This document shows, piece after piece, positions 48,801-63,239 of a DNA stretch of 64,000 nt; position 1 is the stretch's first letter, and every line of letters starts with the position of its first letter. The notes below the pieces were generated by a model, which was not told the origin of the DNA, searched no databases, and saw only the letters and a list, made by a program, of their open reading frames with translations. Source of the stretch: Eledone cirrhosa. Its lineage: Eukaryota. The translations under genes were made by a program, and so were the position numbers. The stretch spans positions 118,358,001-118,422,000 of the forward strand of contig OZ024745.1 in NCBI GenBank assembly GCA_964016885.1, written 5' to 3'.

Positions 48801-51800
48801 GCAGAAGATTGTCTGTATCTGTTATAACTGTTATAGATTGGTAGAAGCAGAAGAATGTCTGTATCTGTTATAATTGTTATAGATTGGTAGAAGCAGAAGA
48901 ATGTCTATCTGTTATAACTGTTATAGATTGGTAGAAGCAGAGGAATGTCTATCTGTTATAACTGTTATAGATTGGTAGAAGCAGAAGAATGTCTATCTGT
49001 TATAACTGTTATAGATTGGTAGAAGCAGAGGAATGTCTGTATCTGTTATAACTGTTATAGATTGGTAGAAGCAGAAGAATGTCTATCTGTTATAACTGTT
49101 ATAGATTGGTAGAAGCAGAAGAATGTCTATCTGTTATAACTGTTATAGATTGGTAGAAGCAGAGGAATGTCTGTATCTGTTATAACTGTTATAGATTGGT
49201 AGAAGCAGAAGAGTGTCTGTATCTGTTATAACTGTTATAGATTGGTAGAAGCAGAGGAATGTCTGTATCTGTTATAACTGTTATAGATTGGTAGAAGCAG
49301 AAGAATGTCTGTATCTGTTATAACTGTTATAGATTGGTAGAAGCAGAGGAATGTCTGTATCTGTTATAACTGTTATAGATTGGTAGAAGCAGAAGAATGT
49401 CTATCTGTTATAACTGTTATAGATTGGTAGAAGCAGAAGAATGTCTATCTGTTATAACTGTTATAGATTGGTAGAAGCAGAGGAATGTCTGTATCTGTTA
49501 TAACTGTTATAGATTGGTAGAAGCAGAAGAGTGTCTGTATCTGTTATAACTGTTATAGATTGGTAGAAGCAGAGGAATGTCTGTATCTGTTATAACTGTT
49601 ATAGATTGGTAGAAGCAGAAGAATGTCTGTATCTGTTATAACTGTTATAGATTGGTAGAAGCAGAGGAATGTCTGTATCTGTTATAACTGTTATAGATTG
49701 GTAGAAGCAGAAGAGTGTCTGTATCTGTTATAACTGTTATAGATTGGTAGAAGCAGAAGAGTGTCTGTATCTGTTATAACTGTTATAGATTGGTAGAAGC
49801 AGAAGAATGTCTGTATCTGTTATAACTGTTATAGATTGGTAGAAGCAGAAGAATGTCTGTATCTGTTATAACTGTTATAGATTGGTAGAAGCAGAAGAAT
49901 GTCTATCTGTTATAACTGTTGTAGATTGGTAGAAGCAGAAGAATGTCTGTTATAACTGTTATAGATTGGTAGAAGCAGAAGAATGTCTATCTGTTATAAC
50001 TGTTATAGATTGGTAGAAGCAGAAGAATGTCTGTTATAACTGTTATAGATTGGTAGAAGCAGAAGAATGTCTGTATCTGTTATAACTGTTATAGATTGGC
50101 AGCAGAGGAATGTCTGTATCTGTTATAACTGTTATAGATTGGTAGAAGCAGAGGAATGTCTGTATCTGTTATAACTGTTATAGATTGGTAGAAGCAGAAG
50201 AATGTCTGTATCTGTTATAACTGTTGTAGATTGGTAGAAGCAGAAGATTGTCTGTATCTGTTATAACTGTTATAGATTGGTAGAAGCAGAAGAGTGTCTG
50301 TATCTGTTATAACTGTTATAGATTGGTAGAAGCAGAAGAGTGTCTGTATCTGTTATAACTGTTATAGATCGGTAGAAGCAGAAGCATGTCTGTATCTGTT
50401 ATAACTGTTATATATTGGTAGAAGCAGAAGAATGTCTGTATCTGTTATAACAGTTATAGATTGGTAGAAGCAGAAGAATGTTTGTATCTGTTATAACTGT
50501 TATAGATTGGTAGAAGCAGAAGAGTGTCTGTATCTGTTATAACTGTTATAGATTGGTAGAAGCAGAAGAGTGTCTGTATCTGTTATAACTGTTATAGATT
50601 GGTAGAAGCAGAAGAATGTCTGTATCTGTTATAACTGTTATAGATTGGTTGAAGCAGAAGAATGTCTATCTGTTATAACTGTTATAGATTGGTAGAAGCA
50701 GAAGAATGTTTGTATCTGTTATAACTGTTATAGATTGGTAGAAGCAGAAGAATGTCTATCTGTTATAACTGTTATAGATTGGTAGAAGCAGAAGAATGTT
50801 TGTATCTGTTATAACTGTTATAGATTGGTTGAAGCAGAAGAATGTCTATCTGTTATAACTGTTATAGATTGGTAGAAGCAGAAGAATGTCTGTATCTGTT
50901 ATAACTGTTATAGATTGGTAGAAGCAGAAGAATGTCTATCTGTTATAACTGTTATAGATTGGTAGAAGCAGAAGAATGTCTGTATCTGTTATAACTGTTA
51001 TAGATTGGTTGAAGCAGAAGAATGTCTATCTGTTATAACTGTTATAGATTGGTAGAAGCAGAAGAATGTTTGTATCTGTTATAACTGTTATAGATTGGTT
51101 GAAGCAGAAGAATGTCTATCTGTTATAACTGTTATAGATTGGTAGAAGCAGAAGAATGTCTGTATCTGTTATAACTGTTATAGATTGGTAGAAGCAGAAG
51201 AATGTCTATCTGTTATAACTGTTATAGATTGGTAGAAGCAGAAGAATGTTTGTATCTGTTATAACTGTTATAGATTGGTAGAAGCAGAAGAATGTCTATC
51301 TGTTATAACTGTTATAGATTGGTAGAAGCAGAAGAATGTCTATCTGTTATAACTGTTATAGATTGGTAGAAGCAGAAGAATGTCTATCTGTTATAACTGT
51401 TATAGATTGGTAGAAGCAGAAGAATGTCTATCTGTTATAACTGTTATAGATTGGTAGAAGCAGAAGAGTGTCTGTATCTGTTATAACTGTTATAGATTGG
51501 TAGAAGCAGAAGAGTGTCTGTATCTGTTATAACTGTTATAGATTGGTAGAAGCAGAAGAGTGTCTGTATCTGTTATAACTGTTATAGATTGGTAGAAGCA
51601 GAAGAATGTCTATCTGTTATAACTGTTATAGATTGGTAGAAGCAGAAGAATGTCTATCTGTTATAACTGTTATAGATTGGTAGAAGCAGAAGAGTGTCTG
51701 TATCTGTTATAACTGTTATAGATTGGTAGAAGCAGAAGAGTGTCTGTATCTGTTATAACTGTTATAGATTGGTAGAAGCAGAAGAATGTCTGTATCTGTT

Positions 51801-54800
51801 ATAACTGTTATAGATTGGCAGCAGAGGAATGTCTGTATCTGTTATAACTGTTATAGATTGGTAGAAGCAGAAGAATGTCTATCTGTTATAACTGTTATAG
51901 ATTGGTAGAAGCAGAAGAATGTCTGTATCTGTTATAACTGTTATAGATTGGTAGAAGCAGAAGAATGTCTGTATCTGTTATAACTGTTATAGATTGGTAG
52001 AAGCAGAAGAATGTCTATCTGTTATAACTGTTATAGATTGGCAGCAGAGGAATGTCTGTATCTGTTATAACTGTTATAGATTGGTAGAAGCAGAAGAATG
52101 TCTGTATCTGTTATAACTGTTATAGATTGGTAGAAGCAGAAGAATGTCTGTATCTGTTATAACTGTTATAGATTGGTAGAAGCAGAAGAATGTCTGTATC
52201 TGTTATAACTGTTATAGATTGGCAGCAGAGGAATGTCTGTATCTGTTATAACTGTTATAGATTGGTAGAAGCAGAAGAATGTCTGTATCTGTTATAACTG
52301 TTATAGATTGGTAGAAGCAGAAGAATGTCTGTATCTGTTATAACTGTTATAGATTGGTAGAAGCAGAAGAATGTCTATCTGTTATAACTGTTATAGATTG
52401 GCAGCAGAGGAATGTCTGTATCTGTTATAACTGTTATAGATTGGTAGAAGCAGAAGAATGTCTGTATCTGTTATAACTGTTATAGATTGGTAGAAGCAGA
52501 AGAATGTCTGTATCTGTTATAACTGTTATAGATTGGTAGAAGCAGAAGAATGTCTGTATCTGTTATAACTGTTATAGATTGGCAGCAGAGGAATGTCTGT
52601 ATCTGTTATAACTGTTATAGATTGGTAGAAGCAGAAGAATGTCTGTATCTGTTATAACTGTTATAGATTGGTAGAAGCAGAAGAATGTCTGTATCTGTTA
52701 TAACTGTTATAGATTGGCAGCAGAGGAATGTCTGTATCTGTTATAACTGTTATAGATTGGTAGAAGCAGAAGAATGTCTGTATCTGTTATAACTGTTATA
52801 GATTGGTAGAAGCAGAAGAATGTCTGTATCTGTTATAACTGTTATAGATTGGTAGAAGCAGAAGAATGTCTATCTGTTATAACTGTTATAGATTGGCAGC
52901 AGAAGAATGTCTGTATCTGTTATAACTGTTATAGATTGGTAGAAGCAGAAGAATGTCTATCTGTTATAACTGTTATAGATTGGCAGCAGAGGAATGTCTG
53001 TATCTGTTATAACTGTTATAGATTGGTAGAAGCAGAAGAATGTCTGTATCTGTTATAACTGTTATAGATTGGTAGAAGCAGAAGAATGTCTGTATCTGTT
53101 ATAACTGTTATAGATTGGCAGCAGAGGAATGTCTGTATCTGTTATAACTGTTATAGATTGGTAGAAGCAGAAGAATGTCTGTATCTGTTATAACTGTTAT
53201 AGATTGGTAGAAGCAGAAGAATGTCTGTATCTGTTATAACTGTTATAGATTGGCAGCAGAGGAATGTCTGTATCTGTTATAACTGTTATAGATTGGTAGA
53301 AGCAGAAGAATGTCTATCTGTTATAACTGTTATAGATTGGTAGAAGCAGAAGAATGTCTGTATCTGTTATAACTGTTATAGATTGGCAGCAGAGGAATGT
53401 CTGTATCTGTTATAACTGTTATAGATTGGTAGAAGCAGAAGAATGTCTATCTGTTATAACTGTTATAGATTGGTAGAAGCAGTAGAGTGTCTGTATCTGT
53501 TATAACTGTTATAGATTGGTAGAAGCAGAAGAATGTCTATCTGTTATAACTGTTATAGATTGGTAGAAGCAGAGGAATGTCTGTATCTGTTATAACTGTT
53601 ATAGATTGGTAGAAGCAGAAGAATGTCTGTATCTGTTATAACTGTTATAGATTGGTAGAAGCAGAAGAATGTCTATCTGTTATAACTGTTATAGATTGGT
53701 AGAAGCAGAGGAATGTCTGTATCTGTTATAACTGTTATAGATTGGTAGAAGCAGTAGAGTGTCTGTATCTGTTATAACTGTTATAGATTGGTAGAAGCAG
53801 AAGAATGTCTGTATCTGTTATAACTGTTATAGATTGGTAGAAGCAGAAGAGTGTCTGTATCTGTTATAACTGTTATAGATTGGCAGCAGAGGAATGTCTG
53901 TATCTGTTATAACTGTTATAGATTGGTAGAAGCAGTAGAGTGTCTGTATCTGTTATAACTGTTATAGATTGGTAGAAGCAGTAGAATGTCTGTATCTGTT
54001 ATAACTGTTATAGATTGGTAGAAGCAGAAGAATGTCTGTATCTGTTATAACTGTTATAGATTGGTAGAAGCAGTAGAGTGTCTGTATCTGTTATAACTGT
54101 TATAGATTGGTAGAAGCAGAAGAATGTCTATCTGTTATAACTGTTGTAGATTGGTAGAAGCAGAAGAATGTCTGTTATAACTGTTATAGATTGGCAGCAG
54201 AGGAATGTCTGTATCTGTTATAACTGTTATAGATTGGTAGAAGCAGAAGAATGTTTGTATCTGTTATAACTGTTATAGATTGGTAGAAGCAGAAGAATGT
54301 CTATCTGTTATAACTGTTATAGATTGGTAGAAGCAGAAGAGTGTCTGTATCTGTTATAACTGTTATAGATTGGTAGAAGCAGAGGAATGTCTGTATCTGT
54401 TATAACTGTTATAGATTGGTAGAAGCAGAAGAATGTCTGTATCTGTTATAACTGTTATAGATTGGTAGAAGCAGAAGAATGTCTGTATCTGTTATAACTG
54501 TTATAGATTGGCAGAAGCAGAGGAATGTCTGTATCTGTTATAACTGTTATAGATTGGTAGAAGCAGTAGAGTGTCTGTATCTGTTATAACTGTTATAGAT
54601 TGGTAGAAGCAGAAGAATGTCTATCTGTTATAACTGTTATAGATTGGCAGCAGAGGAATGTCTGTATCTGTTATAACTGTTATAGATTGGTAGAAGCAGA
54701 AGAATGTCTGTATCTGTTATAACTGTTATAGATTGGTAGAAGCAGAAGAATGTTTGTATCTGTTATAACTGTTATAGATTGGTAGAAGCAGAAGAATGTC

Positions 54801-54978
54801 TATCTGTTATAACTGTTATAGATTGGTAGAAGCAGAAGAGTGTCTGTATCTGTTATAACTGTTATAGATTGGTAGAAGCAGAAGAATGTCTGTATCTGTT
54901 ATAACTGTTATAGATTGGTAGAAGCAGAAGCATGTCTGTATCTGTTATAGATTGGTAGAAGCAGAAGAATGTCTGTAT
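45848..54978. repeat. 46-bp tandem satellite, ~200 copies, ~9.1 kb
   Basis: Unit TCTGTATCTGTTATAACTGTTATAGATTGGTAGAAGCAGAAGAATG, with 44-bp and 43-bp deletion variants. Confidence 0.98.
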
Positions 54979-56929
54979 TTCAATAAGTAGTTATGTCCCA
55001 TTAGTTATTAAGTTCAGATCCTAATGAGGTAAACTTTACCTTTTATCTTTCTTTGGTTGATAAAATAAGTGTCAGTTAGCCTTCAGCATGGTAGAAAGTT
55101 TTACGAATTGCTTCCCTTGACACTGTATTATGTATTAAGGGGAAATTACTTTATTGATGACATAATGTGCCTGGAGCCTCCAGAAGGTTAAGTTCTAGGC
55201 TTTATAGTGTTGATGATCCATACAATAACCACATCCAGTATACTCTGTAAAGTGCTTGATGATAGGAAAGCCAGCCAACCAGAGAAAACCTGACATGAAA
55301 ACCTCTCTAGTACTGGTACCATGATAAAATGGATTCGGTAAAGTGAGAGGTCAGTAGCACTACTTGAGTACTAACTTGGTCTGTGAAAACCCATTGAAAT
55401 GTTGTTCACGGGGGAAAATGGGCATTAAATGATGATGAGGGCGACTGTTCTCCAAACAGTCTATTTTCAGAAACCATTATTGCCTTTTATCCTTACGGGG
55501 CTCGATAAAATAAAGTACCAGTAATGTACTGGTGTCGATTTAATTGACTTTCCCCTCCCACCCAAATTACAGGCCTTGTGCCTATACTAGAAATCATTAT
55601 TATGAACAGCTTCAAATCAGCTTTATTTGAGGAAACCTTCATTTAAACAATAAAACAACAACAACAAAAAATAATTAACATAATTGACAATTCTCTCTTT
55701 ATTGTGGGCCTGCTGATCTAAGATGTAGGGCTTCAGAATATAGTCCCCAGTTTAAAGAAAGTAAAGGTTATATTGAAAGACATTTTGCTGCTAGCTAGAA
55801 CAGTTTGAGTGACTATGTGAAAACTTCCACTCTAGATGAAGTGGCTCTAATCTTCACTCATGGGTATTTATCTGCTATTTAATTTGGCAGAAACATGTCG
55901 AGTGTCGGATTTAATGCCTTGCAGTATTTACTTACTTCCCTTTACATTCAGAATTCAAGTCTTACAAGGTTTGAAATTCATTGCCTTTTACACCCGCGGG
56001 GGTTTGTAACGTAAGTACAAGTAATGCACAAGGGTCAATATACTCAACAATGGCCTCCTTTCTTTGCCACTAACTATCCTTCAGCTTAGTGCAATGAAAT
56101 CAATACATTACTATAATAATGGCAAACAAGAAATAAATGAAGACATAACAAACAAAAATAATACTAGATATCACAATATTCCGATCATATTTTATTATTT
56201 TAAAATATGATTTATAAACAAAATAAATATTTGAAGAACAAATAATGCAAATCAAATTTTAAAAAAATACAACAAAAATAAGTGACGCCTTAATAAAATA
56301 GGAAGCAATCAAAGAAATTGGTAAATTGAAATATTATCAAGGAAGGATGATAAGGTTAACTGTTTTTAATAATTAACCTTAAGGCTGTTGATAGAAAAAT
56401 TCCATTTCCAAATTTGCCATTTATTCACGTCTATATTTTTGAAATCAGTTTGTGCTAGAGTAGTTTCAGCTATTTGCTTATCAAGACAATTAACACTATA
56501 AGCTGACTAAGATATTAATTTGGTGGTGGATTCCTTTACATGATAACATCAGATGAACTGTGATGGTACATTTGCTATCATAACTATCTTACAGTCAAAC
56601 TGCTATGTGTGGCTAGGTAGGCATATAAATAGATAAAAAGTGAGATAAATATATTTATAGCTACTTTATTTGATTATCTATAATAGTACATTACAAAATT
56701 ATAGTTTGCAATTACACATTCCCAATTCAAAAGAGAATCTATCTATCTCTTTCTATATAAAAAGAGTGGTTGAGAGTTTGAATTTGTATATGTGTGGGTT
56801 AACATACACACATCTATCTATTATCAATCTTGTGTTTACATCTTTGGGTAGACATTCAATTTTAAAATATATATATTAAAATTGTTACAACTCTTGGTAT
56901 GATATCAAATGCAATATAGTATAATATAC

Positions 56930-57298
56930 ATGTGGAGGATATGTGACGGCTGGAGAGAAATGACGCAAGCATGCTCTGATGGTTGTGCAATGTGTGTGAA
57001 CGACCAAGCATGGACAATTTGAAAGTGAAACTGTATATTAGGAATAAACTGTAGTGTGCAGGAGAGAAGACGGCGTTGGTATGGACATGTGATGCGCATG
57101 GAAGATGATAGCTGGGTGAAGAAATGTGAAGTAATCCCAGTTGAAGGAAGACCATGGAAAACATGGGTGGAAGTGGTGAGAGCTGACTTCAGATCGCTGA
57201 AGCTCACTGGGGAGATAATGAAGGACCGTGACAAATGGAGAGATGCTGTGCTGAAGAGGACTTGCAAGCAGGGAAAAGTGGATGTAAAATGATGATGA
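56930..57298 (+). mobile_element. RTE 3' fragment, third subfamily
   Basis: QERRRRWYGHVMRMEDDSWVKKC...RDKWRDAV, then a (GAT)n tail. Confidence 0.85.
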
Positions 57299-57439
57299 TA
57301 TCCTTTATTAAATTATTGGTCTGATCTAGTGGTTTGCGATTTTTGTGCTTGACGAAATAAAATGTTGATCTCTTCAATACACACTTTTCTTTATGTACTG
57401 AGTCCCCCTTGTAAGATGGATGAGCTGGTGACACGACAA

Positions 57440-57720
57440 AAGTGCTCAGTCACCTTGTAAGATGGTCGAGTTGGTGAAATGACCAAAACCACCCAGTCCA
57501 CTCTGTTAGGTGGTCGTTTTTGTGCCATGATAAAAAGCTGTAGGTCCACACTGTAATGTGGTTACTATTAGAAAGGACATCCAGCTATAGAAACCAAGCC
57601 AAAACACAGATTCCTATGAACAAGACATGGTCCCGTGACTTGATTTGTCTCATAATGTGACAACCCGTCTAACCCAAACAAGCATGGATAAATGGACATT
57701 AAACAATGATGATGATCATG
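57440..57720 (+). mobile_element. RTE 3' UTR fragment
   Basis: TTAGAAAGGACATCCAGCTATAGAAAC ... CAACCCGTCTAACCC ... GGACATTAAACAATGATGATGAT. Confidence 0.75.
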
Positions 57721-57814
57721 ATTCAGACTCAGATATTTTTCAAGAAATTTTAAATAATTCTCTTGGAAAATCTTCCCCCAATGACATACAAACTTCAGAA
57801 ACATGTCACTTCAC

Positions 57815-57856
<42 letters not shown>

Positions 57857-57932
57857 ATACTTATATGTATATATATTCAGTCATTGAGCAAAACTGGTTA
57901 AGGTGGACACCACATGCACACACGTATACATA

Positions 57933-57975
<43 letters not shown>

Positions 57976-58104
57976 CTATTATATTATAGTACATTATATC
58001 ATATAGCTTACTAAATACTCATTATTATATTTCGATAAAATAAAGTACCAGTAATGCACTGGGATAATTGCTGGCCTTGTGCCTAAAGTAGAAACAATTA
58101 TATT

Positions 58105-58295
58105 TATGGAAGTGTCAAGAAATCCCAGTAGAAGGAAGACGCAGTAGAAGACCACGAAAAACATGAGCGGAGGTGGTGAGAGCTGACCTCAGATCACTGA
58201 AGCTCACGGAGATGATGAAGGACCGTGACAAGTGGAGAGATGCTGTGCTGAATATGACTCGTCCCACCCTTGCAAGCAGGGTAAGCGGACATAAA

Positions 58296-58334
<39 letters not shown>
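58105..58334 (+). mobile_element. RTE 3' fragment, third subfamily
   Basis: VRADLRSLKLTEMMKDRDKWRDAV, then a long (GAT)n tail. Confidence 0.85.
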
Positions 58335-58336
<2 letters not shown>

Positions 58337-58341
58337 AAAGC

Positions 58342-58962
58342 ATGGCGAGTTGGCAGTATCGGTAGAGCGTGAGACACCATGCTTTGCAGCATAGAGTTAT
58401 GACCCTTTACGGTCTGAGTTCAAATCCCGCTAACGTTAACTTTGCCTTTTATCTTTACGGGGTCGATAAAATAAAGTACCAGTCACGTAATGTGGTCGGT
58501 TTAATCGACTCTTCCCTCCCCTCCCCCTAAATCATTATATTTATGGAAAATCGTGGTGGATTGGCAGTATTGGCAGAGTGTCAGACACCATGCTTTGTAG
58601 CATAGAGTTACAGCCCTTTACAATCTCAGTTCAAATACTGCCGAGGGTAACTTTGCTTTCAGCTTTACAGGGTCGATAAAATAAAGTACCAGTAATGCAC
58701 TGGGGGTAATTGCTGGTCTTGTGCCAAAAGTAGAAACAATTATATCTATGGAAATCGTGGTAGTTGGCAGAATCAGTAGAGCATCGGACACCCTGCTTTA
58801 TGGCAACGAGTTACTGTTCTTGAGTTGAAATCCCGCCGAGGTTAGCTTTGCCTTTCATCTTTACGAGGTTGATAAAATAAAGAACCAGTAACGCCCTGGG
58901 GTTGATTTAAATGACTTCTCCTTCCCTTCAAATTGCTGGCCTTGTGCCAAAAGTAGAAATCT
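58342..58962 (+). mobile_element. Three head-to-tail SINE family A copies
   Basis: Heads TTGGCAG(T/A)AT at ~58350, 58561 and 58764, each followed by a B box and the G(T/C)TCGATAAAATAAAG-type core. Confidence 0.88.
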
Positions 58963-59704
58963 TTATATTTATGGGAAAGAATGTCCTAATTTCGTTCAAT
59001 TTACCTTCATTTTTCCTATGTTTACATGTTATGAAATGATTCATCTCCCCTGTTATTATATAGAACAAATGAATTACGATATAAACAAAAATAGTCACTG
59101 GGTTTGAGTCATGTGGATCACTGATTGGTTCTGAAAATGTTTGATGAGAAATATTTGCAAAAATCTTCAGTACTTTCTTTCTGGAAATCATCACATTCAC
59201 TAGCTTTGTTCTACATTGTTTAGTCATGGAAACTGAAATATCTACTTCACAGCCGACAACAGTCTAATAGTTGTAACTTACAATTGTTTTCATATGTCTT
59301 CTCTGTGACTCCATTATGTTAGGATAATAGGAATCTGGAAATTTTAAATGTGAATAACCATTCAATCAACAATGTATTGTTTTTCTATCAAAACATATTG
59401 TACAAGTTAAACTGTTTTAGAAAGGAGGCCTGCCCTACCACTATTCAACCAAAAACTGATTCATTGTTTCTAATGATTAAACACACATTGCACTGTAAGT
59501 TAAAGTTTTATGAAGCTATCTTACGTTGATGATCGCTGGCTTCAACCTAAATTCAGTACAGTGAGATTGATGTAAGATACAAAGTTTAGTAGAGAAAAAT
59601 AAACTAGTTTATTTGTGTGTATGATTAATTATTGACAATTGATTTTCCTCCTGACTGGTGTTATTTCAAATGAAGTAAGTATTATAGATATGCATCATTA
59701 CTTT

Positions 59705-59965
59705 AGTGAAGATGTGTAGCTTAGTGGTTAGAGAATTGAATTCACAATTGTGAGGTTACAAGTTTGATTTCCAGACCACGTTATGACCTTGAGCAAGACA
59801 CTTTATTTCACATTGTCCTTTCTGCCAGGAGCTGCAACCGGTAGATAGTAACAGCAATGGAAGGACCAATGGAAACATTGTTTTTTTGGTCCGATTTGAC
59901 AAGTTCCATGCCACTCAGTAAACGAATAAGATTTGGGAACTTGTCAATCGATCTGATCGAATCAT
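59705..59965 (+). mobile_element. SINE family B variant
   Basis: TAGCTTAGTGGTTAGA A box and CCTTGAGCAAGACACTTTATTTCAC core. An inverted homologue lies at 61876-62094. Confidence 0.8.
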
Positions 59966-60047
59966 CCTTATTAACACGAGTACTTTCAGGGGTCCCCATT
60001 GCCATCATTGTGAAAAAAAAAAAGAAATACAAGGAACAATGTCAAAC

Positions 60048-61052
60048 CATAATCATCATCATCACACCTCCACCACTACCACCACAAAACAAAAACCACC
60101 ACCGGCACCACAACCATCACAACAACAACCACTATCACCACCACCACCACCACCACGACCACTACCACAACCATCACAACCACCACCACCAACACCCCAA
60201 CAACCACCACCACCGCCACCATCACAACCACCACCACCTTCACCACAACAACCACCACCACAACAACCATCACCACAATAACCACCACCACAACCATCAC
60301 CACAATAACCACCACCACCACAACCATCACCACAATAACCACCACCACCACAACAACCACCACCACCACCACAACCATTACAACCACCACCACCACAACC
60401 ATCACAACCACCACCACAACAACCACCATCACAACAACCACCATCACAACAACCATCACCACAATAACCACCACCACCACCACCACAACCATCACAGCAG
60501 CCATCATCACCACCACCACCACCACCACAACCACCACCACCACCACCACCACAAGCATCACAACCACCACCACCACCACCACCACCACCACAACAACCAC
60601 CACCACAACAACCACCACCACAACAACCACCACCATCACAACAACCATCACCACAATAACCACCACCACCACCACAACCACAAGCATCACAACAGCCATC
60701 ACCACCACCACAACAACAACAACCACCACCACCACAACCATCACAACCACCACCCCCACTCCCACCACAACAACCACCACCACAACCATCACAACCACCA
60801 CCACCACAACCATCACAACCACCACCACCACCCCCACCACAACAACCACCACAACAACACCATCACAACCACCATCACCACAACCACCACCACCACCACC
60901 ACAACTGCCATCACCACCACCACCAACACAACCACCACCATCACAACCACCACCACCACCACCACCACCACCACCACAACCATCACCACCACAACAACAA
61001 CAACCACCATCACCACCACCACCACCACCACCATCATTATTATTATTACTAT
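60048..61052. repeat. (CAC/AAC)n microsatellite
   Basis: Direct reading of the sequence. Confidence 0.95.
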
Positions 61053-61875
61053 CAGTTGACAGCAATGAAAACAATCCCAACATAATGTATGTATAAAGAT
61101 CATTATAGAATCAATAGGTGCTATATACACCCTCTACATATATATATATATCATGTGTAGATGAAGATACATTAAAACAACAGATAAAACAAAAAATAGA
61201 AAAAGATAAAGAAATCTAATACTACTTTCGTCAACACCCAGGATTTATATATATATATATATATATACACACACATATGTAAATACATATAATGTATATG
61301 CATATATATATGTGTGTATATATATATATGTATATATACATATATATTTATATATATGTATATATTTATATATATATGTGTGTGTGTGTGCATATATGTG
61401 TGTGTGTGTGTGTGCATATACAACTATAATCCTGTATGACAAATAACAATATAAATCGAAATACAATATTAACAACAACAACAACAACATTAATAATAAT
61501 AATTAATTAATTATAACAAAACTAATTTTAGATTACTACCGTAATAATCTTGTAATAGAACTACATCTTTCATCTTTTAAACAATATGACTCATACTCTA
61601 AAGAACTCGTGATAGCAGAAATTTGAATATAGTTAGGGTTGGCAGTTTTAAAAAATATATATATTTTTTTTTCTTCTTTTGTCATCTGATAAATGACCAT
61701 TTAATTAAATATAAGAATATGATGGAACCGATCTGTACACACATTGTTTCTCTATCTCAACTTATCATACCATTCCATATCCCGATCTATACACACTGTT
61801 TATCTAGCTTAACTTACCCTACCATTTGTTTGTGCTGTTTTTTGTAGAGATAGAAATTTCAATAGTCCTATCGAC

Positions 61876-62094
61876 AGTTGATCGACTTTCGTCAAATCTG
61901 ACCAAAGAAACAATGTCTCCTATGGTCTTTCCAATTGCTAATACTATCTATCGGTCGCAACTCCAGGTAGAAGGAGCAACGTGAAATAAAGTGTCTTGCT
62001 CAAGGACATAATGCATCGCTCAGTCTGGGAATCGAACTCACAACCTCACGATTGCGAATCCAATTCTCTAACCACTCAGCCACACGCCTTCACT
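61876..62094 (-). mobile_element. SINE family B variant
   Basis: Minus strand has TGGCTGAGTGGTTAGA (A box) and GAGTTCGATTCCC (B box), with the same tail as the 59705 copy. Confidence 0.85.
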
Positions 62095-63022
62095 ATATGA
62101 AGGTTCTATTGTTTCATACTGGTTTGTAACAACATAGGTTGCAAGTTCCCAAATTTGTGGTCATAGACATACTTACCTTGAAAGATGTTATCAGAAGGAG
62201 CCACGATATGGTTGGCTTTCCATCACACCTGGAACATGCTGTCTTTGGCCATTGTAAGTGCCCAGACAGGATAACCCTCTTTCCAGTCAAGGGAGGTTAA
62301 TCTCTTATTGGGGATACCATGTACTGTGACACATCCTCTGCCTCCCGCCTTGTTGCTTCAACCATAAACCCAGGCACTGCCACCAATAATGGACAGAAGA
62401 GGAAGATAAGTCAAATACTAGGACTTCACTGACCGTTTCCTTTTCATGCCAGTCACCAGCAAGATATCTAGTATCCGCATTCTCCAAACTGTTTTTTTCC
62501 TCCACTAAACTGAAAGGAGTGTGACACAGTAAATGGCTTGGAATTACAGTCCAACAGGCTTCCAAACAATCTCCCCAAGCGACGCCAGCCAAGCTCATGG
62601 ATGTTATCCAACCAACCAACTTGCTCGGGGTCTACCTCTGGGTTTCCTGCCAGTTGGTTTTGCCATAAAATCTGTCCAGTGAAATCAAACCCAAGTCCTA
62701 ATGATTATGAAGTGAATCTCTTAACAATTTAGTCATGCTGAATCTACACAGTTGTTGTAGAAGCTGCAAGAAATACATTTTACTCTGCCTGAGGAAGAAG
62801 CTCAATAAAATAAAGGTAAAGTGCAACAGGTGTTGCTGGCTGTTCTTCATAACAATGCTTTCGCTAGTTTGTGGGTTGGGCAAAGCTGAGATATATCACC
62901 CTCCCACTTACTTTTAATATTTAATTTTTTTATTCTCTCTGTTCTTTTTTTTTTTTTGCAAAAGCTATATAATCCATTTGAAATTTGGTGAATAAAAAAT
63001 TCACTAAAAGAAAAAAAAAATG

Positions 63023-63239
63023 TTCTTTAGCATTTACATTACTCTATATATACTATTGTATTTTTGTGGTAAAGAGTTTACCTCACACAATTATCTCGCA
63101 TAATATTGAATCTACGAGATTTTGATATTATCTATTTTGAGAAAAATACCTTAATGAGCGGCCAGTTACAGCTAGTTTGAACAGAAAGAGGTGAGGGAAT
63201 TCTGGTTGGATACAGCTGGTTTAAATGCTAAATGTTTAA
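63023..63239. mobile_element. piggyBac-type MITE with decayed ends
   Basis: Internal sequence matches the 25615 and 35847 copies. Confidence 0.8.

Noticed and set aside
45848-54978. CRISPR array or coding repeat
   Set aside because: Units are contiguous without spacers, and the short ORFs arise only from deletion variants.
59857-61083. 400-aa His/Asn-rich ORF
   Set aside because: It starts inside a SINE and runs through a CAC/AAC microsatellite, and the antisense frame is also open.
62177-62670. GC-richer unique block with a 104-aa minus ORF
   Set aside because: No convincing protein or transposon motif. Only the donor consensus at 62177 is notable.
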